Below are positions 49,626 through 61,245 of a stretch of DNA of 64,000 bases, in pieces; position 1 is the stretch's first letter; every line of letters starts with the position of its first letter. Below the pieces are notes generated by a model. The model did no database searches. It saw only the letters and a list, made by a program, of their open reading frames with translations, and was not told the origin of the DNA. This DNA comes from a virus (taxonomy: Duplodnaviria > Caudoviricetes), in the IMG/VR virus record IMGVR_UViG_3300028805_000037, positions 224,001 to 288,000 of that record; one strand, written 5' to 3'. The position numbers and the translations under genes were made by a program.

Positions 49626-49790
49626 TAATTTTAAATATTATAAACTTGTATAATGACACTCTAATATATAAATTATAAATGCAAAAACTTCTTTTTTATA
49701 ATAAAAGTTTATTTTCATTTATATATAATATATTTGTATTATATGAATAAAAAATTTAAATTTAAAAATTGTATTCACAGGTGAAAATTT

Positions 49791-52724
49791 ATGAAACAAT
49801 CAATAAATAAAATAAATGTAGCAACAAAAGATTATAGAGGCAGAAAATCTGTTTTATCTGAAAGAGTGATAGAAGGTGTATCTAATGAATATGATTTAGC
49901 TGAAGATTTATTATTAAATATTGATATACCTAAAACTATTATTATAGATAAAGTTAATGATAAAAAAATATATTTACCTAATGCACAGACATTACTTCCT
50001 GGTTGGAAAATAACAATTATTAATAATGATATTAATGAAGATATAGAAGTATATTATTATGATTCTAATATATTATTTACTACAGTATCAAAAAATAAAA
50101 TGACTGAAATATTATTTTTGAATACTGATAATGAAAATGATATACAAGGTAATTTTAAAGTAGTTGTTTTATCAGAGCAAGTAGTAAATGATACTGATAT
50201 ATATACAACAAATTTATATACTACTACAGATATTGATTATACAGATTTAGGTACAAGTTTTTCATATAATGTATTATTAGCTAAGATAAAGAAAAATAAG
50301 ATTCTTCAATCTATATATATAAGAAATAAAAATAATTTTGTTGGTGCTAATGTTAAACTTGATATTGGTATACCAAGTAATACAAAATATTTTTATGAAG
50401 GTATAGATTTAACTACAAACACTAATATAAGAGATTTATTTAATGAAATACTTAATGTTAATAATGATGAATATATAGTAGGAAATTTTTATATTGATAA
50501 CGCAGTAAGTAATACTTGGAATACTATTACTCCAGCATCACCTATATCAGCAGATATAAAGAATTCATGTTATGGTGATGGTTATTATGTATTTCAAGAT
50601 GGTACTAATATATATAGTACAAATAATTTAAGTAGTAATATAACATTTACTTCTGTAGCAATAAGTACATTTTCTTATGATAGTATATCTGATTATAGTT
50701 TACAGTATATAAATAATAAATTTTATTTCTTTGGTGTTAAAAATGGTAAAATAAGTTATACAACATCTTCTAATGGATCATTATGGGATTCTATATTAAT
50801 AAATAGTGATATAGAAATTGATACAATAGAATATATAACATATAATAATGATAATATTTATATAAAATGTACTAAAGATAATAATTCATATATTATATAT
50901 ATAGATGATATAACAAATATGGCTACTTGGTCACTTTATGAAATTAAATATAATAATACATTTATTAGCAATATACATAATATTACTTGCGATAATAGTA
51001 ATAATATAGTAATAAATGCAAATAATGGTACATATTATTCAAATGATTATGGACAAACTTGGAATATTATAGAACAATATAGTAATTCAGAAATATATAA
51101 ATATAAATATTTGAATAATATATGGGTAAGATTTGAATATAATACTAGCAATAATATAATAAAATTTATAAATGAATTTAATTCTAATATTAATAATTGG
51201 GAAAGTAAAACTCTTGTTGGAGCAAGTAGTAATATAGATTATATACTTGATATTAATTATACAAATAATTTATATACTATATTCAGAGCATATAATGCTA
51301 GTGATGCTGATCATTTTAATATAATAACAAGTGCGAATTTCTTTACAACATTAGTAGAAGCAAATCCAAATTTTGGAATTGATAATATATTAAGTATATG
51401 TGGTGATAATAATGGTTATTTATTAACTGGAGAAAATGGTAAACTTTCATATATGAGTGGAAATTCATCATTTATAGGTTTATCTGCTGGTGAAATAGAA
51501 TTTATTATTGAATATTCATCAGATATTAATCCAGTTAATTTATTAAATCCTATTATACAAGGACAAATAATGCCATTAGGAACAATTGTACATTATCCTT
51601 TTGGAAATTCGCTTCCTGGCGGTTATGCAAGATTAGATGGACATATAGAAATAAATGCAAGAAATAAATATCCTGAATTTTGTAAATTACTTGATGATAA
51701 CGCTAATATAATGGTATATAATAATTATTCAGATTATGAAACAGCATATACTGATAATAATGGTAATGTACCTAAATTTGCTTGGGTTAATAGTACTGAT
51801 TTAAGATTTCCAAGTATAAATTGTTTTATAAGAGGTTTTACTGGAGATATACAAAATATTGATTATATAAGTTTTTATAGTGATGGTTTACCAAATATTA
51901 CTGGTTCTATTATTCCTACAGCAAATTATCCAGTGAGAACAAGAGATGCTTCAGGCGCTTTACAAAGTACAAATTTTAATTCAAGAGTAATGCAGCGTGA
52001 TGAAGGTACATCTTCTTATGATTATGGTATATCAATTGATGCATCAAGAAGTAGTAATATATATGGTAAATATAGTACTACTTCAGATACAGTACTTCAA
52101 AATAAGGTTATTCCTGCACATATAGCTTATCCTTATATAATGGCTATATATCATACAGCACAAGAAGTTGGCACATATAATTTACAATCTTTAGGTGAAG
52201 AGCTTGATAGATTAAATGCACAAATAGTTATTGCACAATCAGAAATTAATGATATGGCAAATAAAGTACCAGTAGGAACAATACTTGCTTATTCTAGTAA
52301 TGATCTTCCTGATGATAATTCTTGGATGTGGTGTAATGGTACAGAACTTTTAAAAGTAAATTATCCTAAATTATATGAAAAAATAGGTAATATATATAAT
52401 ACTTCAGAAACTGATGAAGATCATTTTAATATACCAGATATAAGTGATAATAGATTTATTGAAGGTGTTAGTAATAATACTAATAGTAAAGTTAATGCTG
52501 GACTTCCAAATATAACTGGTGGATGGAGAGAAGATTCAAATGCTTGGGTTTATGCCGGAGCTATATATGATGCTGGTGAATCTAGTGGTTCTGGTTCTGC
52601 AGATGGTGGTGGAGCATCAAAAAGATTTAATTTTGATGCATCAAGAAGTAGTAATATATATGGAAATTCAGATACTGTACAACCAAAATCAATAAGATTA
52701 AGATATATAATAAAGGTAAGATAG
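49791..52724 (+). CDS. Tail fibre protein with tail-collar-like domains
   Basis: PLGTI / PVGTI..WMWCNG....YPKLY..IG; duplicated GLPNITG...DASRSSNIYG. Confidence 0.75.
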   Translation: MKQSINKINVATKDYRGRKSVLSERVIEGVSNEYDLAEDLLLNIDIPKTIIIDKVNDKKIYLPNAQTLLPGWKITIINNDINEDIEVYYYDSNILFTTVSKNKMTEILFLNTDNENDIQGNFKVVVLSEQVVNDTDIYTTNLYTTTDIDYTDLGTSFSYNVLLAKIKKNKILQSIYIRNKNNFVGANVKLDIGIPSNTKYFYEGIDLTTNTNIRDLFNEILNVNNDEYIVGNFYIDNAVSNTWNTITPASPISADIKNSCYGDGYYVFQDGTNIYSTNNLSSNITFTSVAISTFSYDSISDYSLQYINNKFYFFGVKNGKISYTTSSNGSLWDSILINSDIEIDTIEYITYNNDNIYIKCTKDNNSYIIYIDDITNMATWSLYEIKYNNTFISNIHNITCDNSNNIVINANNGTYYSNDYGQTWNIIEQYSNSEIYKYKYLNNIWVRFEYNTSNNIIKFINEFNSNINNWESKTLVGASSNIDYILDINYTNNLYTIFRAYNASDADHFNIITSANFFTTLVEANPNFGIDNILSICGDNNGYLLTGENGKLSYMSGNSSFIGLSAGEIEFIIEYSSDINPVNLLNPIIQGQIMPLGTIVHYPFGNSLPGGYARLDGHIEINARNKYPEFCKLLDDNANIMVYNNYSDYETAYTDNNGNVPKFAWVNSTDLRFPSINCFIRGFTGDIQNIDYISFYSDGLPNITGSIIPTANYPVRTRDASGALQSTNFNSRVMQRDEGTSSYDYGISIDASRSSNIYGKYSTTSDTVLQNKVIPAHIAYPYIMAIYHTAQEVGTYNLQSLGEELDRLNAQIVIAQSEINDMANKVPVGTILAYSSNDLPDDNSWMWCNGTELLKVNYPKLYEKIGNIYNTSETDEDHFNIPDISDNRFIEGVSNNTNSKVNAGLPNITGGWREDSNAWVYAGAIYDAGESSGSGSADGGGASKRFNFDASRSSNIYGNSDTVQPKSIRLRYIIKVR

Positions 52725-52733
52725 GAGTAAATA

Positions 52734-53288
52734 ATGAATGCTTATCGTTATGATGAAATAACAAAAGAATATAAATGTGAAGTAGAATGCAATATTGATT
52801 ATGTTGCTTCTGATAAAGCTGGTAAAACTATATATTGTTTACCAAGTTTTTCTACATTTATAGAACCACTTCAAAAGAAAACAAATAAAGCAATAATATT
52901 TAATGGTGAGGCCTGGGAATATATACAAGATTATAGAGGAAAACGTGCTTATAATGATGAAGGTTTATTAATTATTACATATTTAGGCAAGCTTCAGGGT
53001 TCAGATAAACTTTTAACTAAAAAACAAATTCAAGGTCTTGATGACGGTACATTAATTTGGAAAGATGGTGAAATAATTGAAAATCCTGGTCCTACTATTC
53101 CAGAACAGATAGCTGAATTAGAATCACAAATAGAAGTATTAAATCAAAAAATGTTAAGAGATATGATTATACTTCAAAATCCTAATGCTTCAGAGCAAGA
53201 TAAACAAGAAGCACAAATATATTTTAATAGAAAGCTACAACAAAAAGAAGAACTTGTAGAAAAAATAAATGAACTCAAGAATACATAG
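52734..53288 (+). CDS. Tail fibre assembly chaperone-like protein
   Basis: YRYDEITKEY...P..STFIEP...WEYIQDYRG. Confidence 0.7.
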   Translation: MNAYRYDEITKEYKCEVECNIDYVASDKAGKTIYCLPSFSTFIEPLQKKTNKAIIFNGEAWEYIQDYRGKRAYNDEGLLIITYLGKLQGSDKLLTKKQIQGLDDGTLIWKDGEIIENPGPTIPEQIAELESQIEVLNQKMLRDMIILQNPNASEQDKQEAQIYFNRKLQQKEELVEKINELKNT

Positions 53289-53297
53289 GAGAGATTT

Positions 53298-55457
53298 ATG
53301 AGTAATAGAAAATTTTCATTAACTGCACAACCTAATAGTATTCCATATACAGATGATGAAGGTAATTTTAGTGAATCTTGGAAAGAAAAGTTTGGTGGAG
53401 GTGGAAGCGGATCTGCTCTTCAAGTACAAGTTAGTTATAATGATGATGTTATAAAAGGTGTAGCAGTAGTTGTTAATAGTAATACTTATACTACAAAAAA
53501 TAATGGTATTGCTAATTTTACAAATTTACCAACAGGTAATACAGTAATTCAAGCAAGTAAAGATGGTTATATAAGTAATATAAGTTCAGTATTAATTGAG
53601 AATCCTATTGAATTTGCTGATATAATAATGAATCCTGTAACATTAACATTTACGGTTACTAATAGTATAAATAACCCAATAAAGGATGCACAAGTTACGG
53701 TAGGTACATATAGTGCAAAAACCAATAATGAAGGTATTGCAGTAATTAGTACAATTGTTGATGGAACGTATCAATATACTATATCAAAAGAAATGTTTGA
53801 AACAATGTATGGTACAGTTATAATTAACAGAGCAAGTGCAGCTGAACCTGTTGTAATGTTAACTGCACCGATAAACTGTTATGCAGTTGATGCAGTAACA
53901 ATGGATGACACCGTAAAAGTAAATGCAGGTATGGGCAGTGCAGATGTTGATTATAATGTATATGCTGCAAATACATCAATAACTAATGTATTAACTCTTG
54001 ATGGACTTGCAAGAAGTTCAGCAAGCATTGGTGAAACAGCAGAAGTGCGAGTAACTGATTACCAAGAAAATGTTATAACCATAACAACCGACCAAGAAAA
54101 TGCAGATATACAATTTAATAACGGTAATGATATAAATCAAGCAACAATCAACTTAAATCCTATAATAGTAAGACAAAAATATTTAGCATTTACTAAAACT
54201 GATAATTCTGTAATTTACTTTAAAGGTTCTGTTGCTCCATTTTCTGCTGGTGGAAATGCAGTTAATAATACACAATTTACATATTATACTTATGCTAATG
54301 GAGTAATGACTTCACATTTAGCTACAACAGCAACAGCAACAACAGGCAATTCTAATTATCAAGATAATATATTAACAATATACTCACAAACGCAAGTGGT
54401 AAATGGTATATTTACAAGAACACCTGAAAATGATGTTATAACAGAAACGCCAGAAGATTTAACAGATGCAACAATTACAACTTCAAGCTATTTAACAACA
54501 CCTGAAGTTGTTATACCACGAAACAATTATTGGAACTTTGCAATTGAAAAAATTGACACAACACAGTGGAAAATGTTTTTTATTGTTGGAGGAAGTTATT
54601 TAGATTTACCAAATTTACGTCAAATAGTAGTACCTAATAATACTCTTGTTAAAATTTGGGGTTTTAGAGCAGATAAAGTATCAAGTCCGCAAGTTACACA
54701 ATATGTATATTATAGAACATTTACAATTACTAATGATAGAACATTTAGAAAAATTAAATTCTTTATTACAGACCCTTCAGAACAAAATTTTGATGTTGTT
54801 ATTACAGTTAATAATGTTCCGTTTGAATTTACAGGTGCTTGCAATATAGAAGCTTATGCTGGCGATGTTATTAACTGGACTGTTAGCAAAAGTGGTTATA
54901 TAACACAAACAGGTAGTTATACTGTTCCTGATTACCCATTACCTACATCAAATTATGAGCAAATACAATCTGTAACACTTGTAGCAAATACTGTAACATT
55001 AACCGTTACAGACGGAACAAATAATTTAAGTGGTGTAACTGTTATAATCAGTGAAAATACATATACTTCTGATAATACAGGTAAAATTATAATTTCTAAT
55101 ATGAATAATGGTATACATAATTATACTGCAAGTTTAACGAGTTATCCAACAGTAACAGGCAGCTTTACGGTAGCTGGTGCAAATTTAACGCAAACCATAG
55201 CACTTGCAGAAGGTGAAGTTACATTCACTGTAATTAACAGTTCTTCAACACCGCTTGAAAATGTATTAATAGCTTTAAATGGTAATAGTTATAGAACAGA
55301 TAGTAACGGGCAAGTAACCATAAGTAATGTAGATTATGGAATACAAAATTATACTGTATTTTTAAATGGTTATGCTAAAAAAACTGGTGATACAGTTAAT
55401 GTAAATGTAGCTACAATAACTAAAACAGTTACACTTGTTGCAAATTATAATAATTAA
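53298..55457 (+). CDS. Virion protein with repeated PEGA/carboxypeptidase-regulatory-like beta domains
   Basis: Repeats of V....YTTxNNG.A....L..G...Y..SK.GY. Confidence 0.6.
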   Translation: MSNRKFSLTAQPNSIPYTDDEGNFSESWKEKFGGGGSGSALQVQVSYNDDVIKGVAVVVNSNTYTTKNNGIANFTNLPTGNTVIQASKDGYISNISSVLIENPIEFADIIMNPVTLTFTVTNSINNPIKDAQVTVGTYSAKTNNEGIAVISTIVDGTYQYTISKEMFETMYGTVIINRASAAEPVVMLTAPINCYAVDAVTMDDTVKVNAGMGSADVDYNVYAANTSITNVLTLDGLARSSASIGETAEVRVTDYQENVITITTDQENADIQFNNGNDINQATINLNPIIVRQKYLAFTKTDNSVIYFKGSVAPFSAGGNAVNNTQFTYYTYANGVMTSHLATTATATTGNSNYQDNILTIYSQTQVVNGIFTRTPENDVITETPEDLTDATITTSSYLTTPEVVIPRNNYWNFAIEKIDTTQWKMFFIVGGSYLDLPNLRQIVVPNNTLVKIWGFRADKVSSPQVTQYVYYRTFTITNDRTFRKIKFFITDPSEQNFDVVITVNNVPFEFTGACNIEAYAGDVINWTVSKSGYITQTGSYTVPDYPLPTSNYEQIQSVTLVANTVTLTVTDGTNNLSGVTVIISENTYTSDNTGKIIISNMNNGIHNYTASLTSYPTVTGSFTVAGANLTQTIALAEGEVTFTVINSSSTPLENVLIALNGNSYRTDSNGQVTISNVDYGIQNYTVFLNGYAKKTGDTVNVNVATITKTVTLVANYNN

Positions 55458-55476
55458 TTTTTAAGGAGAAATAAAA

Positions 55477-56508
55477 ATGTCAACATCAAAAACAGTAAAA
55501 ATACAGAAGAACAAAATTTTAACTTATAGTATTAATAAAACAGGTTATCAAACAGTAAATAAAAGTTTAGTGGTAGCAGAAGATACATCAATTAACGAAG
55601 ATTTAACACCTACAACAGGTAATCCTATTTTATATTTGTCAGAAGACCATCACGATAGAATATTTGATTGTGCAACTTTTGTTTGTTATTTTACACCCTC
55701 AGGAACTTATGATGTAGATAGTTTAAAATACATGACTCCAAGTCAAACTTCAGGAACAGGGCTTACAGATATACAAGTTAATAAGAATTTATGGCTTGCA
55801 CAAATAGAAACTGTATCATCGATTGAAACGCCAAAAGGTCAGTCAAAATCTTTTGTATTTACTTATAATGGTTCAGCTTGGGATTTAACAGGTGTAACAA
55901 CGGTTTCAGGTATTTCTACACAAGATTTAAACGATGTTTATGGAATAAGTTATACAGGTACTGAAAGCTCGGGTAATGCTATAACGATAGTTGAAACACA
56001 ATACAATAAGTTTGCTTGTTATGTATTAGACGCTAATTATAGGGCTAATCAACAATGGAGTTCAAATGATACTTTAACTATAATGCCTAAACAATATGAT
56101 TCTAATCCACAAAATTGTTTAGAAAGTGCAACATACTATAATCAATATGTTTGGAATAATGCTAATTTAAGTAATTATGCAATATTTAATTTTTGTAAAA
56201 ATAAAGGATATTTTTTATTACCTAATGGAATAAAAATTAATGCTTTGGTTCCTAATGGTGTTGAGTTACAAGCTATTTATGATAATAGGGTAGTACTTGA
56301 TAGCTTTGATCCGATTATTCAAGAAGGCTCAACGAGTTTTAATTTAACTAATTGGAATTTTCGTGATTCTATTGTTTGGAGTTGTATAGAGAACTCTAGT
56401 TATAGCGCTTGGTTTATGGGTAGTAATGGTAGGTTTGATAATTACATTTATAATCATAAGAAAGCTCAAGGTGGTATTGTACCAGTTTTTGAAGTGCCTG
56501 TGATGTAA
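55477..56508 (+). CDS. Putative receptor-binding protein with C-terminal C-type-lectin-fold-like (DUF1566-like) domain
   Basis: VPN..ELQAIY...WSCIE.SS.SAW......G...K....VPV. Confidence 0.5.
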   Translation: MSTSKTVKIQKNKILTYSINKTGYQTVNKSLVVAEDTSINEDLTPTTGNPILYLSEDHHDRIFDCATFVCYFTPSGTYDVDSLKYMTPSQTSGTGLTDIQVNKNLWLAQIETVSSIETPKGQSKSFVFTYNGSAWDLTGVTTVSGISTQDLNDVYGISYTGTESSGNAITIVETQYNKFACYVLDANYRANQQWSSNDTLTIMPKQYDSNPQNCLESATYYNQYVWNNANLSNYAIFNFCKNKGYFLLPNGIKINALVPNGVELQAIYDNRVVLDSFDPIIQEGSTSFNLTNWNFRDSIVWSCIENSSYSAWFMGSNGRFDNYIYNHKKAQGGIVPVFEVPVM

Positions 56509-56619
56509 TATTAATTGATAGGGTTAATATATAGTAATATTGTTCTCCAGTATAATTTATATACTGGAGATTTTCTTTTAAAAAATTTAAATTTAAAATA
56601 CATAAGTGAGGTAAATAAT

Positions 56620-56853
56620 ATGGCATTAATAGTAAAACCAACAATTTTAATTGATAATGATGATGAAAGTATTGTTTATATTGGTATATGTAGAAATAGT
56701 GGAATAACTCAAGCTCCAACTGATAAAGAAATATGGGAAATAACAAAAATAACTTATCAAGATGAAAAAATAAATAAAATAGAACACGGTATTAATAAAA
56801 ATAATAGAGTTAATTTAGCTTGGGATAAAAGAACTACATATAATTACATATAA
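56620..56853 (+). CDS. Small virion protein
   Basis: Late promoter motif and GAGGT RBS; YIG..W.I.KI..WDKR..Y.Y. Confidence 0.55.
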   Translation: MALIVKPTILIDNDDESIVYIGICRNSGITQAPTDKEIWEITKITYQDEKINKIEHGINKNNRVNLAWDKRTTYNYI

Positions 56854-56864
56854 GGAGTAAAATA

Positions 56865-59123
56865 ATGTGGGTATATGATATAGAGAATGGTAAAGAATTA
56901 TTTTTAATAGGACTTGATGGTATTAATGGCTCTGGCGGTGGCGTAAGTAAAAAGAAAATAATAATAAAATCCGATGTAATACCTGAAGCAAGTGCCAAGA
57001 CATATAAGTTAATATATATTTATTCTGGTGAAAGTAATGGTACATATCATCATGGTTATATATATGAATGTGTAGCTGATGTTACTTATGATGCAAAAAA
57101 TATTTACTTTGATTCACATAATATGGGTTTTGATTACAGAAATGCAGATCCTTCAAAGAACTTTACTACTGATGGTGAAGCAATGGAAGCATTTTTAGAA
57201 CTTGTATTAAGAGATAAAGATGTATCTTTTTTACAAGTTACTAATGGTGCATTAACACGTAAAGAAACAGGAATGTGGAATGTCCAATTAAAAAATAAAG
57301 ATGGTAATATATTACTTGATAATTATCAATTAGGTCCTGAAGATTTAGAAGATTTCGGTTTTGTTTTTTTACAGCAGCAATCTGCTTATGTAGTAGGTGA
57401 ACCTGAAGATTTTAATTTTGTATGGGAGCAAACATCAATTTCAAATTATCGTTGGGAACAACTTAATGTACAACCGAATGGTAGTGGTGGTGATTTAAGT
57501 ATATATCAGTTAAAAATGAATATGACAAATGACCCTAATAGTACATCACAAGGAACATATCCTTCAAGTTATGCATTAAGTGAAGCAGTAAAAGCAACAT
57601 TAACAGTATTTGAAAACAATACAGGTACAGTACTTGAAACTGGTTTAACATTAGGTAATTCAGTACTTGTATTTATTAATGGAAGTTTGTTAGAGGCAGG
57701 AGCAGAAGCTGATTATACAATAAATGGTAATCAAATTATATTTAGTATTCCATTACAATCAACTGATAAAGTTACTATAATAAATGGTAATTTAAAAGCA
57801 ATTGATTTAAGCCCGTATCAATTAAAATTAGGTGCATCCAATGTAATTACAATTGGTGAAGGTAATGTAGTTGATGGTGTAAGTGCAGATGGTGGAACAG
57901 TAACTGTAACAAAAAACACTACATTATCAACAGTTGCAACAAGTGGAGATTATAATGATTTAAGTAATAAACCAAGTATTAATGGTGTTACATTAAGTGG
58001 AAATAAAACAAGTAATCAATTAGAATTACAAAATATGTCAATTGAAGTTCAAAATAGTGGAGATGAATTACCATCAGATACGACAGGTTATAATTTAGGA
58101 GATAAATTTTTAAATAAAACTGATAAAAAAGTATATGAAGTCAGTAATGAGTATACATTAAATAGTGGTGTAAATACTAATGGTTTAACTATTAATTATA
58201 CTACTGGAGAAGTTAGTGGCTTTGATTACGCATATTATATAAATAGAAATTTTGGAAGTTATAATTATTTATGGTCGGGAAATAAAAACTACACTGTTAA
58301 ATTTAAATTAACAACATTGAATAATGGAGGTGGGATAATAAGTTTCCACAATGAGAATGGTCAAGGTCAAGGTGATATTATTGCATTTAGTGTAGACGTT
58401 GATAATAAAATATATTATAGTCATTATACAAGAGACTTCGGTTCATATGTAATATTATCAAAAGAATTATTATTTAATGAAACGTTATCAGCTAATAAAG
58501 AATATGTATTAAATATTAATAAAATTGATAATATTTGTAACGTAGAATTAGTTTCAGATTCACAAATAATAAACACAGGCCAATTTTCTACACAAGATAT
58601 AACAACATATACACAACAATGTACTATAAGTTTTGGTAGTGGAGTTCTAACTAATACACCACTATATTTATCAGGTTCAATATATTTACTTGAATCTTCT
58701 GGTGATTTTCTTACATCCACAGGTAATGTTGTATGGAATAGCGGAACAGCATTAGTAAATAACACACAATATATAGATGTAAATAAAGATATATTATGGT
58801 TATTTAATAACAATGAATTAATGCCATATTCACAAGACCCTTCAATAATAATTAACGATAGTGCAACAATTACAGATTTAGCAATACAAGTAAATAAAGT
58901 ATATAAATTTACCAATGCAAATATAACAAACATTAGCTTTGCAAGTTGTGAACAGTCGGAACTTGTAACTAAAATAGATTTTACAACTGGTAGTTCAAAT
59001 GTTACATTTAGTGATGGTAATGTAATTAATTGGGCTGACGGAGAAACACCACATTTTTATGCTTACCAACACTATTGGATAATAATAAGTAACGGTGTAG
59101 GATTTGTAAAAGAAATATACTAA
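56865..59123 (+). CDS. Tail fibre/spike-like protein
   Basis: VFING.L..DYTI; VATSGDYNDLSNKPSINGVTL.GNKT; LamG-like segment. Confidence 0.65.
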   Translation: MWVYDIENGKELFLIGLDGINGSGGGVSKKKIIIKSDVIPEASAKTYKLIYIYSGESNGTYHHGYIYECVADVTYDAKNIYFDSHNMGFDYRNADPSKNFTTDGEAMEAFLELVLRDKDVSFLQVTNGALTRKETGMWNVQLKNKDGNILLDNYQLGPEDLEDFGFVFLQQQSAYVVGEPEDFNFVWEQTSISNYRWEQLNVQPNGSGGDLSIYQLKMNMTNDPNSTSQGTYPSSYALSEAVKATLTVFENNTGTVLETGLTLGNSVLVFINGSLLEAGAEADYTINGNQIIFSIPLQSTDKVTIINGNLKAIDLSPYQLKLGASNVITIGEGNVVDGVSADGGTVTVTKNTTLSTVATSGDYNDLSNKPSINGVTLSGNKTSNQLELQNMSIEVQNSGDELPSDTTGYNLGDKFLNKTDKKVYEVSNEYTLNSGVNTNGLTINYTTGEVSGFDYAYYINRNFGSYNYLWSGNKNYTVKFKLTTLNNGGGIISFHNENGQGQGDIIAFSVDVDNKIYYSHYTRDFGSYVILSKELLFNETLSANKEYVLNINKIDNICNVELVSDSQIINTGQFSTQDITTYTQQCTISFGSGVLTNTPLYLSGSIYLLESSGDFLTSTGNVVWNSGTALVNNTQYIDVNKDILWLFNNNELMPYSQDPSIIINDSATITDLAIQVNKVYKFTNANITNISFASCEQSELVTKIDFTTGSSNVTFSDGNVINWADGETPHFYAYQHYWIIISNGVGFVKEIY

Positions 59124-59135
59124 TTGGAGTAAGAA

Positions 59136-60788
59136 ATGAACGAATTACTTACAATATTAGATACAAAATATAAGAGGTTAGAGTATATTGAAAGTACAGG
59201 GACTCAATATATCGACTTAGGTTTAACTGCAAATCAAGATATTATAATAAAATGTAGAGTTTCAAATGTTAATTCAGGAACTCAACCTTTTATTGGTTTA
59301 TCAGATGCTAATAATCTTATTTATGGAATTGGACAACAATCAGATGGTAATTATTTGTTTAGTCAATATTACAAAACTATAATAAATAACGGTAGAATAG
59401 TATCTGATATAGTAGGTAATGATGGTATAGTAAGAAATTTTGAATTACGAAAAAATGAGTTTTATATTGATAATGTTTTAATTGGTTCAATTACTTATCA
59501 TACATTTACTACACAAAACACAATAAAATTATTTACATTAAATCCTTCAAGTTCTAAAGCAAGTATCAAAATGTATAATGCACAAGTTCTTGATGGTAAT
59601 ATGAATTTATTGAGAAATATGATACCTGTTATGAGAAAATCCGACAACGAAATCGGAATGTTAGACTTGGTAGAAGGAAAGTTTTACCCTAATGCAGGAA
59701 CAGGGAAATTTACTGCTAATTTAGACACGATGTATGCTTTAATTCAGGGAACACCGACTGTGCAAGACGGAAGAGTATCAGGGTTTTCAAGTAGTGATTA
59801 TTTGAAGATAAATCAAACAGTTTCTTTAGGAAGTAGTTTTGAAATAGTAACTAAAATAACAACAGGTTCAGATGTAAGCACTCAAACAGTTTTTATTTCA
59901 GGTAAAACAAATCAATATTTTAATCTATGTGTCCAAAATGGAAAAATACAACAAAATATTGGAAATGGAAGTGCTTGGTTAATAAATGTTACTGCCCAAA
60001 CATTTGGAATAACTGATATACAGACAAATACATCATATTTAGTTAAATTTACTTTTGACGGTAGCATATATAAAACATTTATATCAATAGATAATGGAAA
60101 AACTTGGATATTAGATTGGAGTTATAGTTCAAGTTCCATAATACCTAATTGTCAAATTGTTTATGGAGTTTCAAGAAGTTTAATAAATGCTTTTACAGGC
60201 ACCCTCGACCTCAACCGTTCATACATCAAGATAGACGACACGAAATACAAACTTCAGGCGGTGGTGGGGTATAGTCAACCAAGTGGAAGTAGTGTTACGA
60301 TAACAAATGGAATTGCGAGTGGGTTTTCAAGTAGTAATTATTTGCAAATTAATAATGGTTTTTCTTTAGAAAAAGATTTTGAAATAGAAACAGAATTTTC
60401 TGCAAATAGTGTTACTGCTGGAAATCTTATAACTTTTGTTGGAAATAATGGAAATAATTATGGAATGTATATCGATACTAATCAAAAAATACATTTTTTT
60501 ACACCAATAGCAACTTCAACTTCTACTTCAATAGCTGGAACAACAACAATTCCTTTCAATACAATTTGTAAAGCAAAATATGTTCGAAACAAAGACATAC
60601 AAATTTTGTATTTGGATATTGGTAATGGTTATAAAATAGAAGCAACAAGAAATATTACAGGTTTAAATGCACAAAATATTGTTCGCTTTGATATATGTAA
60701 AGGTGCAACAGGAATAAACCAAATAAATTTAAACAATACACATATAAATCTTAATCACAAACTATGGTTTAACGGATTAGAACAATAA
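59136..60788 (+). CDS. Virion protein with tandem lectin/LamG-like modules
   Basis: LEYIESTGTQYID..., P..RKSD.EIGM.DLV.GKFY.NAGTG.F; SGFSSS.YL twice. Confidence 0.6.
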   Translation: MNELLTILDTKYKRLEYIESTGTQYIDLGLTANQDIIIKCRVSNVNSGTQPFIGLSDANNLIYGIGQQSDGNYLFSQYYKTIINNGRIVSDIVGNDGIVRNFELRKNEFYIDNVLIGSITYHTFTTQNTIKLFTLNPSSSKASIKMYNAQVLDGNMNLLRNMIPVMRKSDNEIGMLDLVEGKFYPNAGTGKFTANLDTMYALIQGTPTVQDGRVSGFSSSDYLKINQTVSLGSSFEIVTKITTGSDVSTQTVFISGKTNQYFNLCVQNGKIQQNIGNGSAWLINVTAQTFGITDIQTNTSYLVKFTFDGSIYKTFISIDNGKTWILDWSYSSSSIIPNCQIVYGVSRSLINAFTGTLDLNRSYIKIDDTKYKLQAVVGYSQPSGSSVTITNGIASGFSSSNYLQINNGFSLEKDFEIETEFSANSVTAGNLITFVGNNGNNYGMYIDTNQKIHFFTPIATSTSTSIAGTTTIPFNTICKAKYVRNKDIQILYLDIGNGYKIEATRNITGLNAQNIVRFDICKGATGINQINLNNTHINLNHKLWFNGLEQ

Positions 60789-60798
60789 GGAGGAACAA

Positions 60799-61242
60799 AT
60801 GTTTGGAAAATTAATTGATGGAAATTTAGTAATAGCAGGAAATGAAATAAAAACAGACAAAGGAACTGTTACAAACCCTTCTGAAACTCTTTTGAGAAGT
60901 TTAGGTTACAAAGAAATTGAATATACAGAAAAACCAACATTTAATAAAGAAGAAGAAAAGTTAATTGAAACATATAGAGTAGATATAGAACAAACAACAA
61001 TATTAGTATGTTATGAAAAAGTAGCACTTACTTCTGCAGAACACAATGCAATTATTAAGCAGGAAATTGTGGAAGAAGAAAGTAAGATAACAGATAGAAA
61101 TTATCGTGAAGCAATTAAAGATTTAAAAGCGAAAAAAGAAACAAGCTATGCACTTGATAAGATAGAAGAGATAGAAGCAAATATTGCAACATTAAGAGCT
61201 AAATTACAGCCAGAAGATAATATAAATCAAGACAAGGAGTAA
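60799..61242 (+). CDS. Tail-associated chaperone-like protein
   Basis: MFGKL..G.L...NP......LGYK.I....KP. Confidence 0.5.
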   Translation: MFGKLIDGNLVIAGNEIKTDKGTVTNPSETLLRSLGYKEIEYTEKPTFNKEEEKLIETYRVDIEQTTILVCYEKVALTSAEHNAIIKQEIVEEESKITDRNYREAIKDLKAKKETSYALDKIEEIEANIATLRAKLQPEDNINQDKE

Positions 61243-61245
61243 AAA

